64,000 bases of DNA. Source: Octopus bimaculoides. Its lineage: Eukaryota. The stretch spans positions 71,566,011 through 71,630,010 of the forward strand of contig NC_068988.1 in NCBI RefSeq assembly GCF_001194135.2, given 5' to 3'. Below, one piece after another: positions 13,936 to 25,849 of the stretch. The notes under the pieces are model-generated. The model worked only from the letters and a program-made list of their open reading frames with translations. It was not told the origin of the DNA and did not search any database. Position 1 is the first letter of the stretch, and each line of letters begins with the position of its first letter. A program made the position numbers and the translations under genes.

Positions 13936-13985
13936 GTATGTATGTATGTATGTATGTATGTATGTATGTATGTATGTATGTATGC
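13931..13985. repeat. (TGTA)n microsatellite
   Basis: Direct reading; abuts the truncated 5' end of the LINE copy. Confidence 0.95.
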
Positions 13986-15059
13986 AGCTATGTATCCGAT
14001 ATTCTGTTACTAAATAATATAAGTGTATAATATATAAATATGCTACAGTGCAATAACGTAAATATATATATTTAGAATGCTGGATTATATATTTTAAGGC
14101 ATCTCAGTGAATGGTGTAGAATTTTTTGCCAATATACTGTGCTTCTTTTCTAATTGAAATAATTCTTTTGTCGTTTCTGAAAAATTTGAATTTACGGTCT
14201 TTACTTCAAAATAAATTGCATTTGAAATTATCATTCCATATTATTAAAAATTTTATGATGAAGAATAAAATAAAAGCATGCATGCTATGATATAAAGTTA
14301 CGTATAAAAACAGGTTTAAGCTGGAAAATCATGCTGTATTTCTAGATTTAATTGTGTACTCTGTGATTTCAAATCATTCTCGAGTCAGCTATGTCTTTGA
14401 TCATACTGGGGCTCGTAAAAGCTAAACGATAACTAACCCATCGCAAATATAGCTATAAAATACTACATTGTTTTTCTGACAATGAAAATCTCTTGAAGGA
14501 CCTGGTATACGTTACCAAAATAAAAGCTGATAATGATACAGAAAAGACACGTAACAGAAAACTCGTTTAAAACCCAATATAACATAAAAATGCTTTCAAT
14601 TACAGGATTTAAAAAGCAACGTCACTTGTTTGTCAGTATATATTTAGTATTTTAATAGTTAATAAACCATATCTGCAAATGTGAAAGCGCAAATCGACCG
14701 TGGTAAAAATTGTCATTTCTATGGAAGCTAAATGCAAAAGAAACTGATCGGTCAGTCAATACCATGAACAAGGGAGAGAAAGCAATTTCTTTTTTATATA
14801 CAAGAAAATTTTATTTAAAATCTTACATTCAGATTCACGTTTCAGATACATTAAATATGACAAGCATATTAATATAACAAACCATATTAATATAATATAA
14901 CAAGAATACCGAAAGCCCAACTGAGTGAATATACTTACCAGACCGCTTTCTACTCGCACTGTAAATCAAATTTTCTCACTTATTTTGTCATCGAACGGAC
15001 CAGTTTTATGCAGATGATCAAGGGAAATATCTTATGTTCCGGGGATTTGATAATGTTAC

Positions 15060-15450
15060 TGAAATGAAAGGATTACGTGAAAAATCTCGTTCTTGAGTGG
15101 ATTAATATACACTCGATAGAGAAAAGCACTTATCTTCACGCTAGCTCTAGATGAAATCATAGAAGAATGAGAGCTATCACTTGCTTTATATGTGATAAAC
15201 GATGTGATTCAGTCCTTAAATACAAATACTTTTGCACTCAAATAGTTATACATTTAAGCTTCAGGCACTTTATCCTGGAGAGAGAAACTCGACGAAGACA
15301 TCACCAATATACATTGTATAACTGGATTCCTTGACTCCATCTAAATAACCCATTTTTTTCAGTGAACTGATAATACCTTACAGATTTGATAGTTGACATA
15401 ACATACTATGGTCATTTTGCTTATTACGATGGAGAAATCTTACTTTGAAG
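15060..15450 (+). mobile_element. possible hAT transposase relic
   Basis: IFTLALDEIIEE*ELSLALYV resembles the hAT FSLxLDESTD..QL motif; downstream YYDGE resembles xxDGA. Heavily degraded. Confidence 0.35.
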
Positions 15451-15969
15451 TTCAAATCTGGAACTTGAAATTCACATCTGGAACTTGAAATTCACTTAAA
15501 CCTGTTGAAATTATTATAGCCCTTTAACCATAATCCCTCTGTGGCCTCACCGTATGTTCAAATATTTTCTCTCCTTTATTCCGTAGTATTTAACACAGGC
15601 ACTCCTCTAATTTAGCCATTTCGCTTAAATATATTAATTAGATAATTTATTTACTCTTTGCTAAATCATATCTCCCTTCCAAGTTTCTTAATCTTTACTA
15701 TTTTGTTTCAAACATATTTCAATTTAAATTATCAATCCCTTTAGAGTAATATAAATTATACATTGATTCATTTTCCTTCAATCATTTGCAATCGAGTGTG
15801 ATTTCATTATCTCTGAAATATTCATATTGTCCCATTTATTGTTTTCTCATTATTTAATTTACGCGATAGCCAAGAGCTTCCAACTAAGTGAAATAAAACT
15901 TTTGATGCGTTGAAAAGTTGTAGATTTTGACCATGTATTCCCCGCCTGTAGAATTGGAATGCACATATA

Positions 15970-16041
<72 letters not shown>

Positions 16042-16078
16042 ATGTACGTATGTATGCATCTATGTATATATATATATA

Positions 16079-16144
16079 NNNNNNNNNNNNNNNNNNNNNN
16101 NNNNNNNNNNNNNNNNNNNNNNNNNNNNNNNNNNNNNNNNNNNN
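16079..16144. other. assembly gap (N)
   Basis: N run between (TA)n and (TG)n. Confidence 1.
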
Positions 16145-16180
<36 letters not shown>

Positions 16181-17099
16181 TGCAGGCTGCCAGCATGTCG
16201 GGGTTTGGATAAAACAGAATTTATCATATTTGACATCTCCGACAATAGGTTAAGAAATCATTGCCTTAAGAATTTTGATTTGTGATTGTAAAGACTTCTA
16301 AGCTTCCTATCGCTCATTTAAGTAGAAAATATAAGATGTTGTTTAGTTCCAGAGCATTCTGTTTTAGTCATCCGACAGTTTCGTCGAATATGGAACATTT
16401 AATTCTACATTATTGCAGATGTATAGTCACCCATTTTCCAGAGAACAGGCTTAATTTAAGGGAGATCTTCCATGCGGTTTCTAATGAGTCGTCTGACTAC
16501 ACTGAACTGCCATCTTTTGCTTGAATACAATATGGTTATTGATAGCATGATCGCCCCTCAAACGATAACTAGGTAGTTCGAATCCCATCGATTGGCCTGT
16601 TTCTCACCTTTGTTTTCGAATAGATTTTTATATCTAAATATCATAAGATACATTTTATATTTTCTTATGGCTTATTTTTTTTATTGTCTCATATCTATTA
16701 CCGCTTAACGTTGGAGACTTGGTTTTTATTTTTATTTCTTTCACAGTGTATGAAATGTGTTTTTTTTATTTTCGTCTACAATGTGCACTTACTTTCTGCT
16801 TCTGTGCGAAAAGGACCATACTATGATGAAAAGATGGACTGTTACTTTATCATTTTATATTCTAGATTCATATAATTTAATTTGGGCAACAATCAAACAT
16901 TGATTACATTTAGTCTACTGTCTGCCAGAGGTTCGCGTACAAATACGAACTAATTAAAGATACAGAAGCACCAGCTGTATAATATTATTAGATTAGCAAT
17001 GCTACCTACAAATTTGTAAAGAAAATCACGCGAAGACTGTAAAGTGATGAACGCTAAGATTTGGAGTTCAGCATTACCATTGGATATTTTAGAATATAA

Positions 17100-17255
17100 C
17101 TGTTAGGACAAAATGATTAGCGGCATTTCTTACGTTCTGAGCTCAAATTTTGCCGATGTCGACTTTGCTTTGATAAAATAGTACCAATTAAGTACTAGGG
17201 TCGATGTAATCGACTAACTACTACACAAAAAGATTTCAGGCCTTGTGTATATCGT
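17100..17255 (+). mobile_element. partial tRNA-derived SINE (short family)
   Basis: TACGTTCTGAGCTCAAATTTTGCCGATGTCGACTTTGC..AGTACC..GGGTCGATGTAATCGACT. Confidence 0.7.
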
Positions 17256-17258
17256 ACA

Positions 17259-17316
<58 letters not shown>

Positions 17317-17399
17317 ATATATATATATACATTTTTTCATATTTTAGTTTCAGGTCAGAGCTGTGGACATGCTGGGGCACTGCCGTTTTGCTACCCTGT

Positions 17400-19070
17400 T
17401 ATCATTGAAAGCCTCTTCTAATATGTGGTATTGGTGAATACGGGAGTTTGATGTCGCTACACTAATTTATACATCTTGCCGTGAGGTAGGTTTATCTGGG
17501 TAGAGGTCCAGTATTGATTTGAAAACACCTACATCTTCTTTGTGTAGGTCCCTCAAGATCTTTGGGAGAATATTAAAAACCTGTGGGCCCCTGAAGTCTA
17601 GGCTGTTGCTGTACCTGGTCCTGAAGCGCTATGGCATTGCTGGGATCTTTGGCACTGTGCAGTTTCGACCCATTCTGGCATTTGTGTGGCTTTCGATGCC
17701 AAAATTTGGCACAATTCCTTCCAGGCTCTTCCAAATGTTTATTACTGCATACATTCCCGACAATCGCTCCAGAGAGTAGAGTCTTAGCTGTTTCAGCTTT
17801 CTCAGTAGCTGAGCTGTTGCAATAAGACGATCTTCTTTGTGAAGCTTCGCTGGATTGCTTCACGATCCGTTGTTAATTTTACACTGTTGGGTGACCATAG
17901 ATGGGAGCAGTAATCTAAGCGGCTGAGGACGAGTGTCCTCCAGAGGACCATCATTGATTTCTATTTCCCTGGTTCTGAAAATTCTCAGAATCCATCCAGT
18001 CAGTCATCAACACATTGTCGCCATCCTGATAATATGCACTTGGAAAGAGGTATCATCACTCATATCGATACCCAGGTCCTTCATTGATTTAGGCTCTGGA
18101 CTTGTAATCCCCTATGGACCAGTGTAGCATAGAAGAATTATTTTAAGTTTTGGACGCTGGTAGCGCAGGGCTTGGACATTTTCAGCATTAAACTGCATAT
18201 TATTGTCCTCAGCCCGTCTAACTCCTGCTGCAGGTGTGCAACATCGTTGGGGCTCTGTATTTTCTGTGAGACATTCGCATCGTCTGCATAGCTAGTAAGA
18301 GTAGCTATCCGGGCAGTTGAGGGCACATCTGAGAGGGCCAATAAAAAAAGCAGTGGCTCCAAGAGAGTGCCCTGTGGAACACCGCCCACTATTTGTGTTT
18401 TCTTTGCGGTGGCTCCATTGACCACTACTGCTATCTTTCAGAAAGTCATGTAACCACTTTCCAAATTTTCCAGCTATGCCGAGATCACGCAGTTTTGGGC
18501 ATATCATACCATGATCCACATTATCAAAAGCTTTTGTAAAGTCAAAGTATATTACGTCCACATTTGAGATGTTGAGTAACTGTCTCAACACCCAGTCATA
18601 GTACTGTAAGAGCAGCCCCTACTTGGTCAAAAGTGATGCTGGCTATCACTCAGCAAGTTATTTCCTTCAAGGAATGCGATTAGTTTCCCTCTGAATATCC
18701 GTTCCATGAATTTGCTGATGTGTGAAGTCAGAGAGATAGACCTATAGTTTTTGGCATCTGATCTGCTTCCACCTTTGTGGATTGCGGATATTATTCCATC
18801 CATCAGTTTGGTTGGCAGCCTGTCATTTGTAAGAAAGCTCTGAAAGAGAATCTGTAGTGGTTTCACCAGCTCACGCTCACACGATTTGAGAAGGATCGGT
18901 GGGAAACCATCAGGAGCAGTAGATGAGTTTGCGTCCACCCCATCTATGGCTAGTAGTATATCTTCTTTGCTAATGTGGATATAATCCATCGTAACTGCCT
19001 CGATGGTTATAAGCGAGGTGACACAGAAACCCATTGGTTCGTTCAATTGTCTGTGTTCCAACGGGGTGGT
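17400..19070 (-). mobile_element. CR1-clade LINE RT and C-terminus relic
   Basis: STAPDGFPPILLKSC..IHKGGSRSDAKNYRSISLTSHISKFMERI; VDVIYFDFTKAFDNVDHG; VPQGTLLEPLLF..SYADD; KLKQLRLYSLER..IWKSLEGIVPNF. Confidence 0.92.
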
Positions 19071-19105
19071 AAATATAGATATGTATATATGTGTGTGTAT
19101 GTGTG

Positions 19106-19212
<107 letters not shown>

Positions 19213-19934
19213 ATATATGTAGATATAAAAAATGAATTTTTAGGAGAGGAAAAAAATTGTAAGTGTAGAAGAACTTTAATTCAGTTCAAATCCAAGTTGG
19301 TACAGAACCAACGTACATTCTACAAATTGTTTTAGGGTCTAATTAATTCCAAAGACAAAGGTGAAAAACTCTTCTTGAAATACAAATTAAGACTAGTAGA
19401 AGAAGCCCTATTTCTGTTCCTAAAGGAATGATAATGATTCGAAACCCACTTCGTAATATAATTAACAGAAGAACCAATATAAAAGTAATCATTACCTACA
19501 GAAATAATTTAGCTTGGCAGACGACTATCCTACGCTTAAATTATCAAAGAAACAATTTTCTTTGTTTCTGCAATCACAAAGGGAATTCTCTCCACCATTT
19601 GCACCTTCAACAATTTAATTATCATTAAATGAAAGGCTGTTACCTCCAATATTATTGAAACTTATATTAGAAATAGAATTCAAACAATTCCTGCCGAACA
19701 GGCTATTAGGAAAAACATTAACATTGGTACTCATGGAATCAATCTCGCTAGTATTAAGTAAGTTATCACGAAGATAAAAACTGGACAATTTCTTTTCATT
19801 AATGAAGATATAATCTGGGATAAATTCCTAGAGACCAAAAAAGCAACTTTAATGGATCTCAGATTCAAAATTTCATAATATCTACTTTTTTTTATTGAAG
19901 TGCTTTTATCTATGTATATATATGTATATATATA

Positions 19935-20587
19935 NNNNNNNNNNNNNNNNNNNNNNNNNNNNNNNNNNNNNNNNNNNNNNNNNNNNNNNNNNNNNNNNNN
20001 NNNNNNNNNNNNNNNNNNNNNNNNNNNNNNNNNNNNNNNNNNNNNNNNNNNNNNNNNNNNNNNNNNNNNNNNNNNNNNNNNNNNNNNNNNNNNNNNNNNN
20101 NNNNNNNNNNNNNNNNNNNNNNNNNNNNNNNNNNNNNNNNNNNNNNNNNNNNNNNNNNNNNNNNNNNNNNNNNNNNNNNNNNNNNNNNNNNNNNNNNNNN
20201 NNNNNNNNNNNNNNNNNNNNNNNNNNNNNNNNNNNNNNNNNNNNNNNNNNNNNNNNNNNNNNNNNNNNNNNNNNNNNNNNNNNNNNNNNNNNNNNNNNNN
20301 NNNNNNNNNNNNNNNNNNNNNNNNNNNNNNNNNNNNNNNNNNNNNNNNNNNNNNNNNNNNNNNNNNNNNNNNNNNNNNNNNNNNNNNNNNNNNNNNNNNN
20401 NNNNNNNNNNNNNNNNNNNNNNNNNNNNNNNNNNNNNNNNNNNNNNNNNNNNNNNNNNNNNNNNNNNNNNNNNNNNNNNNNNNNNNNNNNNNNNNNNNNN
20501 NNNNNNNNNNNNNNNNNNNNNNNNNNNNNNNNNNNNNNNNNNNNNNNNNNNNNNNNNNNNNNNNNNNNNNNNNNNNNNNNNNNNNNN
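19935..20587. other. assembly gap (N)
   Basis: N run. Confidence 1.
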
Positions 20588-21792
20588 GTGTTGGAGAGGT
20601 AAGGGCAAGTGCGGCAACGTGAGCGGGTGCAAGGTAACGAGCCAGGCTCGAAGGTTGGGTTGGGGAAGAAGCTGTGGACCAAGAGGTCTCGTACGTAGTG
20701 GGCTCGTTTGAAGGAGGGGAGGGGTCGATTAGGGAAGATGTGGGAGGTGGAGAGCTCGGACTGGAAGCGCCGGAAAGCCCGGAGAATGGTGCGTTAGAGG
20801 GGTAGGGTGGTGGGATGGTAGGTGAGTGGAGAAGGGAGGCGGGAAACGGCAGGGCGGGTTCGTGGGTAGAGAGCAGATGCACGGTCCACGGAACGTGCTC
20901 TGGCAAGGGCGATGTGGATGGTAGTGAGGGGATATCGACGTAGGCTAAAGTGAGTCTCAAAGTCATGGCTGTCAATACAGAGCCTGCGTAGACGGAGGAA
21001 TTGGGAATAGGGGATGGAAAGTTTGGTGTGTTTAGAGTGGGAGGAGGAGAAGTTGAGGTAAGAGTGTGAGTCTGTGTGTTTGTAGTGGATGGAGGTGCTA
21101 AGAGTGGAGTGATGGATGCTGACAGAAATGTCAAGAAAGAGGAAAGAGCTGTCAGAGATAGTGCAGGAGAAGTGGAGGGCATGATGGAAGGATTGGACAA
21201 AAGAGAGGAACGAGTCAAGATGTTCGCGGGAGAGTTAGGTAGCACCGATACAATCGTCAGTATAACGACCGTATAGTTCGGGAGTAGGACCAGTGAAACT
21301 TGAGAATATTTGGGCCTCAACATAGCCAACGAACAGGTTCGCATAGTTGGGGCCCATTCTCGTTCCCATGGCCACTCCGGAGGCGTGCTGGTAGAAATCA
21401 CCCGCGAACGAGAAGCAGTTAAGAGAGAGGACAAGTTCGGCCAGACGAATGTGTGTGGAGGTGTCGGGTCGTCGGTTGGGGCGTAGGTCAAGGAAATATT
21501 TAAGTGCACGCAGCCCCTCGTCGTCAGGGATCACCGTATAGAGGCTCTGGATGTCGAGGGTGAAAAGAAGCTTAGAAGGGCCAGAAGGGAAGGAGAAAGA
21601 GTTGAATAAACGAAGCGCATGGTTGGTGTCGTGAAAGTGAGAAGGGAGAGAAGCCACTAGGGGGGCAAGGACACGGTCTAGGTATTTTGAGATAAGCTCG
21701 GTGGGGCAGTTACAGGCGGAGACGATGGGGCGGCCAGGGTTGTTTGGTTTATGGATTTTGGGGAGGAAGTAAATGGTTTCGGGTGCGTGGGG
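20588..21792 (-). mobile_element. Penelope-like element (Neptune-type), RT through Zn-finger linker, cut by gaps on both sides
   Basis: One frame: YFLPKIHKPNNPGRPIVSAC..TLDIQSLYTVIP..GVAMGTRMGPNYANLF..RYTDDC..FLDIS..HYKHTDSHSYL..SIPYSQFLRLRRLC..PGSLPCTRSRCRTCPY. In-frame TAA stops at 21235-21237 and 20794-20796 only. Confidence 0.95.
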
Positions 21793-22497
21793 NNNNNNNN
21801 NNNNNNNNNNNNNNNNNNNNNNNNNNNNNNNNNNNNNNNNNNNNNNNNNNNNNNNNNNNNNNNNNNNNNNNNNNNNNNNNNNNNNNNNNNNNNNNNNNNN
21901 NNNNNNNNNNNNNNNNNNNNNNNNNNNNNNNNNNNNNNNNNNNNNNNNNNNNNNNNNNNNNNNNNNNNNNNNNNNNNNNNNNNNNNNNNNNNNNNNNNNN
22001 NNNNNNNNNNNNNNNNNNNNNNNNNNNNNNNNNNNNNNNNNNNNNNNNNNNNNNNNNNNNNNNNNNNNNNNNNNNNNNNNNNNNNNNNNNNNNNNNNNNN
22101 NNNNNNNNNNNNNNNNNNNNNNNNNNNNNNNNNNNNNNNNNNNNNNNNNNNNNNNNNNNNNNNNNNNNNNNNNNNNNNNNNNNNNNNNNNNNNNNNNNNN
22201 NNNNNNNNNNNNNNNNNNNNNNNNNNNNNNNNNNNNNNNNNNNNNNNNNNNNNNNNNNNNNNNNNNNNNNNNNNNNNNNNNNNNNNNNNNNNNNNNNNNN
22301 NNNNNNNNNNNNNNNNNNNNNNNNNNNNNNNNNNNNNNNNNNNNNNNNNNNNNNNNNNNNNNNNNNNNNNNNNNNNNNNNNNNNNNNNNNNNNNNNNNNN
22401 NNNNNNNNNNNNNNNNNNNNNNNNNNNNNNNNNNNNNNNNNNNNNNNNNNNNNNNNNNNNNNNNNNNNNNNNNNNNNNNNNNNNNNNNNNNNNNNNN
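21793..22497. other. assembly gap (N)
   Basis: N run. Confidence 1.
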
Positions 22498-22505
22498 TAT
22501 ATATA

Positions 22506-23173
22506 CTAGCTGACGTACCCGGTAATTCCCGGGAAAGCGGGGCTTATCCCTTGGTTCCGTTCTCATAATTGTTTCGCTAATCCAATAACAATACAAAGTA
22601 TGTAGCTCTTAACGGTTTTTGCGCATTTACAGAGAATACCGAACTGTCTTACACAGGATCTTGTTTTTAGAAATTCCCAATAAGTTATGAATGCCCAAAT
22701 TGTGAAGTCAGTTATGTAATAACATGAAATTAGTTACCCAATAGTAAGAATTCAAATAAAGTAGCCCCCAAAAGGGCTTTAATGCATTCCCAGAGTATAT
22801 AGAACATAGGAGGAAATACTAATAAGGTATGTATACTAAAACCGTGAAGCATGTTACGTAATAACAGGCTAATCAGATATGAGATAATAACAATTCAAAG
22901 TAAACAACACTGAAAAGTGCTTTTGTGCGTTCCCAGATAATATTACCCTAAGGGGCGCTAGTGTTCGTATATTCGTGAATAAGTCACTAACCGAAATAAG
23001 TAGATCTATTGTTTAGGAAAATACTATTTACTTGTTTAATGGTTGTACTGGATAAATTGGGAAAAAAAATTTTACAGACCATACTGATTGTCATTTTTAC
23101 CAAATAATTTAGGAAAATGAATGGGTTATTTCCCATGGTTTTTAATATAAAATATATTAGATATATATAAGGA
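22506..23173 (-). mobile_element. non-autonomous Helitron
   Basis: Minus-strand 3' end: hairpin CCCGG-GAATTA-CCGGG (22518-22533), 8-nt spacer, CTAG (22506-22509), then T. Candidate A|TC 5' ends at 23161 or 23173 in an AT-rich tract. No coding capacity. Confidence 0.7.
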
Positions 23174-23214
23174 TATATATCTCTAGGGGCCCTATTGTCG
23201 AATTTTTTAACAAT

Positions 23215-24960
23215 CGGAGTATACCATGAGGTTTCCTGGGATCGAACTGGAAGCAAGGTCGTTTCCTAAATGATCTCAGGTCACGGAACCTAGGTGTAAT
23301 AGCCATTAACGAAACCAAACTGAGTGGACCGCAAGATTTCTCACTCCTCCTCAATGACTACGAGAAATTCATTTCTGCGCGCCAATCCGGGGCGAGGGGA
23401 AGCTAACTACGGTCTTATTCAGAAAAAAATTGAGTTTAAAGATTAGAACAATTTTTGTGAACCGGATGGCAGACTGGTTGTCCTTGACGTGACGTATAGC
23501 AGCTGCAGTGTCTTCAGACTGGCAGCTGTCTATGCACCATGTGCAACCGGACAATCTGACTATTTCAGACGCCTAAAAATTTCCTAGGAACGTCACACAC
23601 TTTAGTTGTAGTAGGAGGCTTTACAGAATCCTAGATGCACGTCTGGATTGTTTAATCTCAAATTATAATAGAAAAGGGAATCCTTGCTTCAGAAATCAGA
23701 ATGGATAACCCGAATGCTCCAACTTGGACACGGGCTAATAGCGACGGGTCTTCCAGGTCTTACTTAGATAGAGTATTTATTAGAGTAGCAGATAAAAATA
23801 GAGGTAGTTGTCCACAATTCAGTATCGTCACCTACACGGATCACAAATTCGTGACCTGTAGGCTTGAATTAGATAGCTTTAGTAGACAGGGCCCCAGTTA
23901 CTAGAAGCTAAACAAGTCACTCCTGGTATGCCATGTATACAGTAACCAGATTAGGGAATTAGTCAAGAGGATTTTAACAGGGCGCCAGCAACAACTGGTG
24001 GTATGCCCTCAAAAGAGCCATCAAATATGAGTCAATTAGGTTTAGTAAAGAGTTAGCACTAAAGAAAAATAGTATAGAAAGGGAATTAGTTAGGACTCTC
24101 GAAGAGGCATTGAGCTCACTCAGTGCATCCAAATTGCTGTCAGCGAGATTTACCCTCGAACAACACCTCAATGTCAAACACGAAGAATGCATTGTCAGGG
24201 CTAAAATACGTGCAATGGGACAAGAGGAAATCAACGCCGCTCGAAGGCACAGTCTGATTGATGTTCAACATGGCAGCGATGCCACCATTAGATCTTTCAT
24301 CGATCAACATGGGCGAATGATAAACGAACCCGCTGAAGAGTTTGGCTAAGGTGCAAGCGAAGAGGTTGGTGCGCGTTGTGGATAAACTGGTTTGAGAGGT
24401 GCAAACCTGCGCCATCCCAAATAGAACATTACGTGACAATCTTCACCTCATACGCTTCACCATAGAGAGGATGGTTAGAATCCCTGGTACAGGAGGGATT
24501 CTGATCCATTTAGATCGTCTAAGGTGTTTGATAGGGTTGACCATCGGTATCTGATGGCGGTTCTCGAGGCGGCCGAGTTTGGCCCGGACTTTCGCTGCTA
24601 GATCACTGCCTTTTTACACTAATATTCAGTCGGTCGTTCGGGTGAACGGATTTCGATCAGAGCCGTTCTGCTTTGAGTGCTCAGTCCACCAAGGTGTACC
24701 TACTCTCCTCCCTCCTGTACGGTCTGGCACTTGAGCCATTACTGCAGAAAATGGAGACTGTGAGAGGCATCCCGCGTGATCTGGGGTGCGGGAGGATAGT
24801 GATAGCTTATGCAGACGACATCACCGTCATCATATCCATTGAAAACCACCTTCAAAAGTAGGTGGTACCATAAAGGATTAGGAAGTGGAGATAGGAGCAA
24901 AAATAAACCAGGTAAGTCAGTCGGCCTGCAGCGCGGCACATTGAGAGGCAGGTTTCTGTC
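23215..24960 (+). mobile_element. L1/Tx1-clade LINE ORF2 relic (APE endonuclease + RT, internally deleted)
   Basis: GVIAINETKL; GRLVVLDV..FRLAAVYAP; TWTRANSDGSSRSYLDRVFI..YTDHKFV..GPSY*KLN; FDRVDH-like; LLYGLALEPLL..IAYADDITV. Confidence 0.88.
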
Positions 24961-25169
24961 TGTGTGTATCACGTAAGACTAGAGATGGGAACGATGATTT
25001 CGCTCATCAAATACTAATCAGAGTGTCGTTAGCCAGCTGGAGGAGACGTCTTCCTGGAACTAAAAACAACACTAGCATCGTCCTCTCTGAGGACGACACA
25101 TTTAGTTTGCAAGTATACTTCACGTTTCCGTGCTGCTACTGTTTACTTCTCGCTCAGAGCTCTAATATT

Positions 25170-25213
<44 letters not shown>

Positions 25214-25223
25214 NNNNNNNNNN
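25214..25223. other. assembly gap (N)
   Basis: 10 N. Confidence 1.
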
Positions 25224-25373
25224 TGACTGTACAAACAGCTTGTACATTTATATAAAACAGATGTCTTTGTGGGGTTTTGTTTAGAAGAGAACATTGCTTT
25301 TGTCTTTTTGGGTGAGGTTCCATGACATTGGAGACGGATAGATAGAAATATAGGTAGGTAGATAGGCTGATAG

Positions 25374-25404
<31 letters not shown>

Positions 25405-25500
25405 AATAGATAGATAGATAGATAGACAGCTAAGTAGAGGGAGAGAGAGAAGGGGTATCCCCCTTCCTATTCACCTTTCATTTACTTATTTATTTAATTA
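25224..25500 (-). repeat. inverted pLTR copy
   Basis: Reverse complement matches ~29940-30290 (GGGGATACCCC..TCTATCC GTCTCCAATGTCATGGAACCTCACCC..GTTTTATATAAA). Confidence 0.85.
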
Positions 25501-25718
25501 GTCCTTTACCATTGTATTATCTGTTTATCCGTCTATGTATCTCTCTTTGTATCAGTCTATCTACCTACCTATATTTTTAGCCATCCAATTACATTGTCAC
25601 GGAACCTCACCGAAAAAAACAAAGACAATGTTCTCTTCTAAACACCCCTCCCCTCCACACACACAAAAAACATCTGTTTTATATAAATGAACAGGCCCGT
25701 TTGTACATTCAGAAGATT

Positions 25719-25758
25719 ATATTTGACAAGTTCGAGAAAGGATCGAAAGCGCTAATAA
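25719..25758 (+). ncRNA. decayed minimal type-I hammerhead ribozyme motif (5' pLTR)
   Basis: ATAT-TTGACAA-GTTC(GAGAAAG)GATC-GAAA-GCGC-TA-ATAA; core deviates from CUGANGA. Confidence 0.5.
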
Positions 25759-25849
25759 TAATGAATAAATAAAAAGATTTTTTTCCAAAATGCTGACGAC
25801 TTTTTTTCTCAATATTCAATTTCTCTACATTACACCTACAACTCTATAC

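Noticed and set aside
19731-21509. 592-aa minus-strand Pro/Ser/Thr-rich ORF
   Set aside because: Alternative frame of the C/T-rich Penelope sense strand, extended through an N gap.
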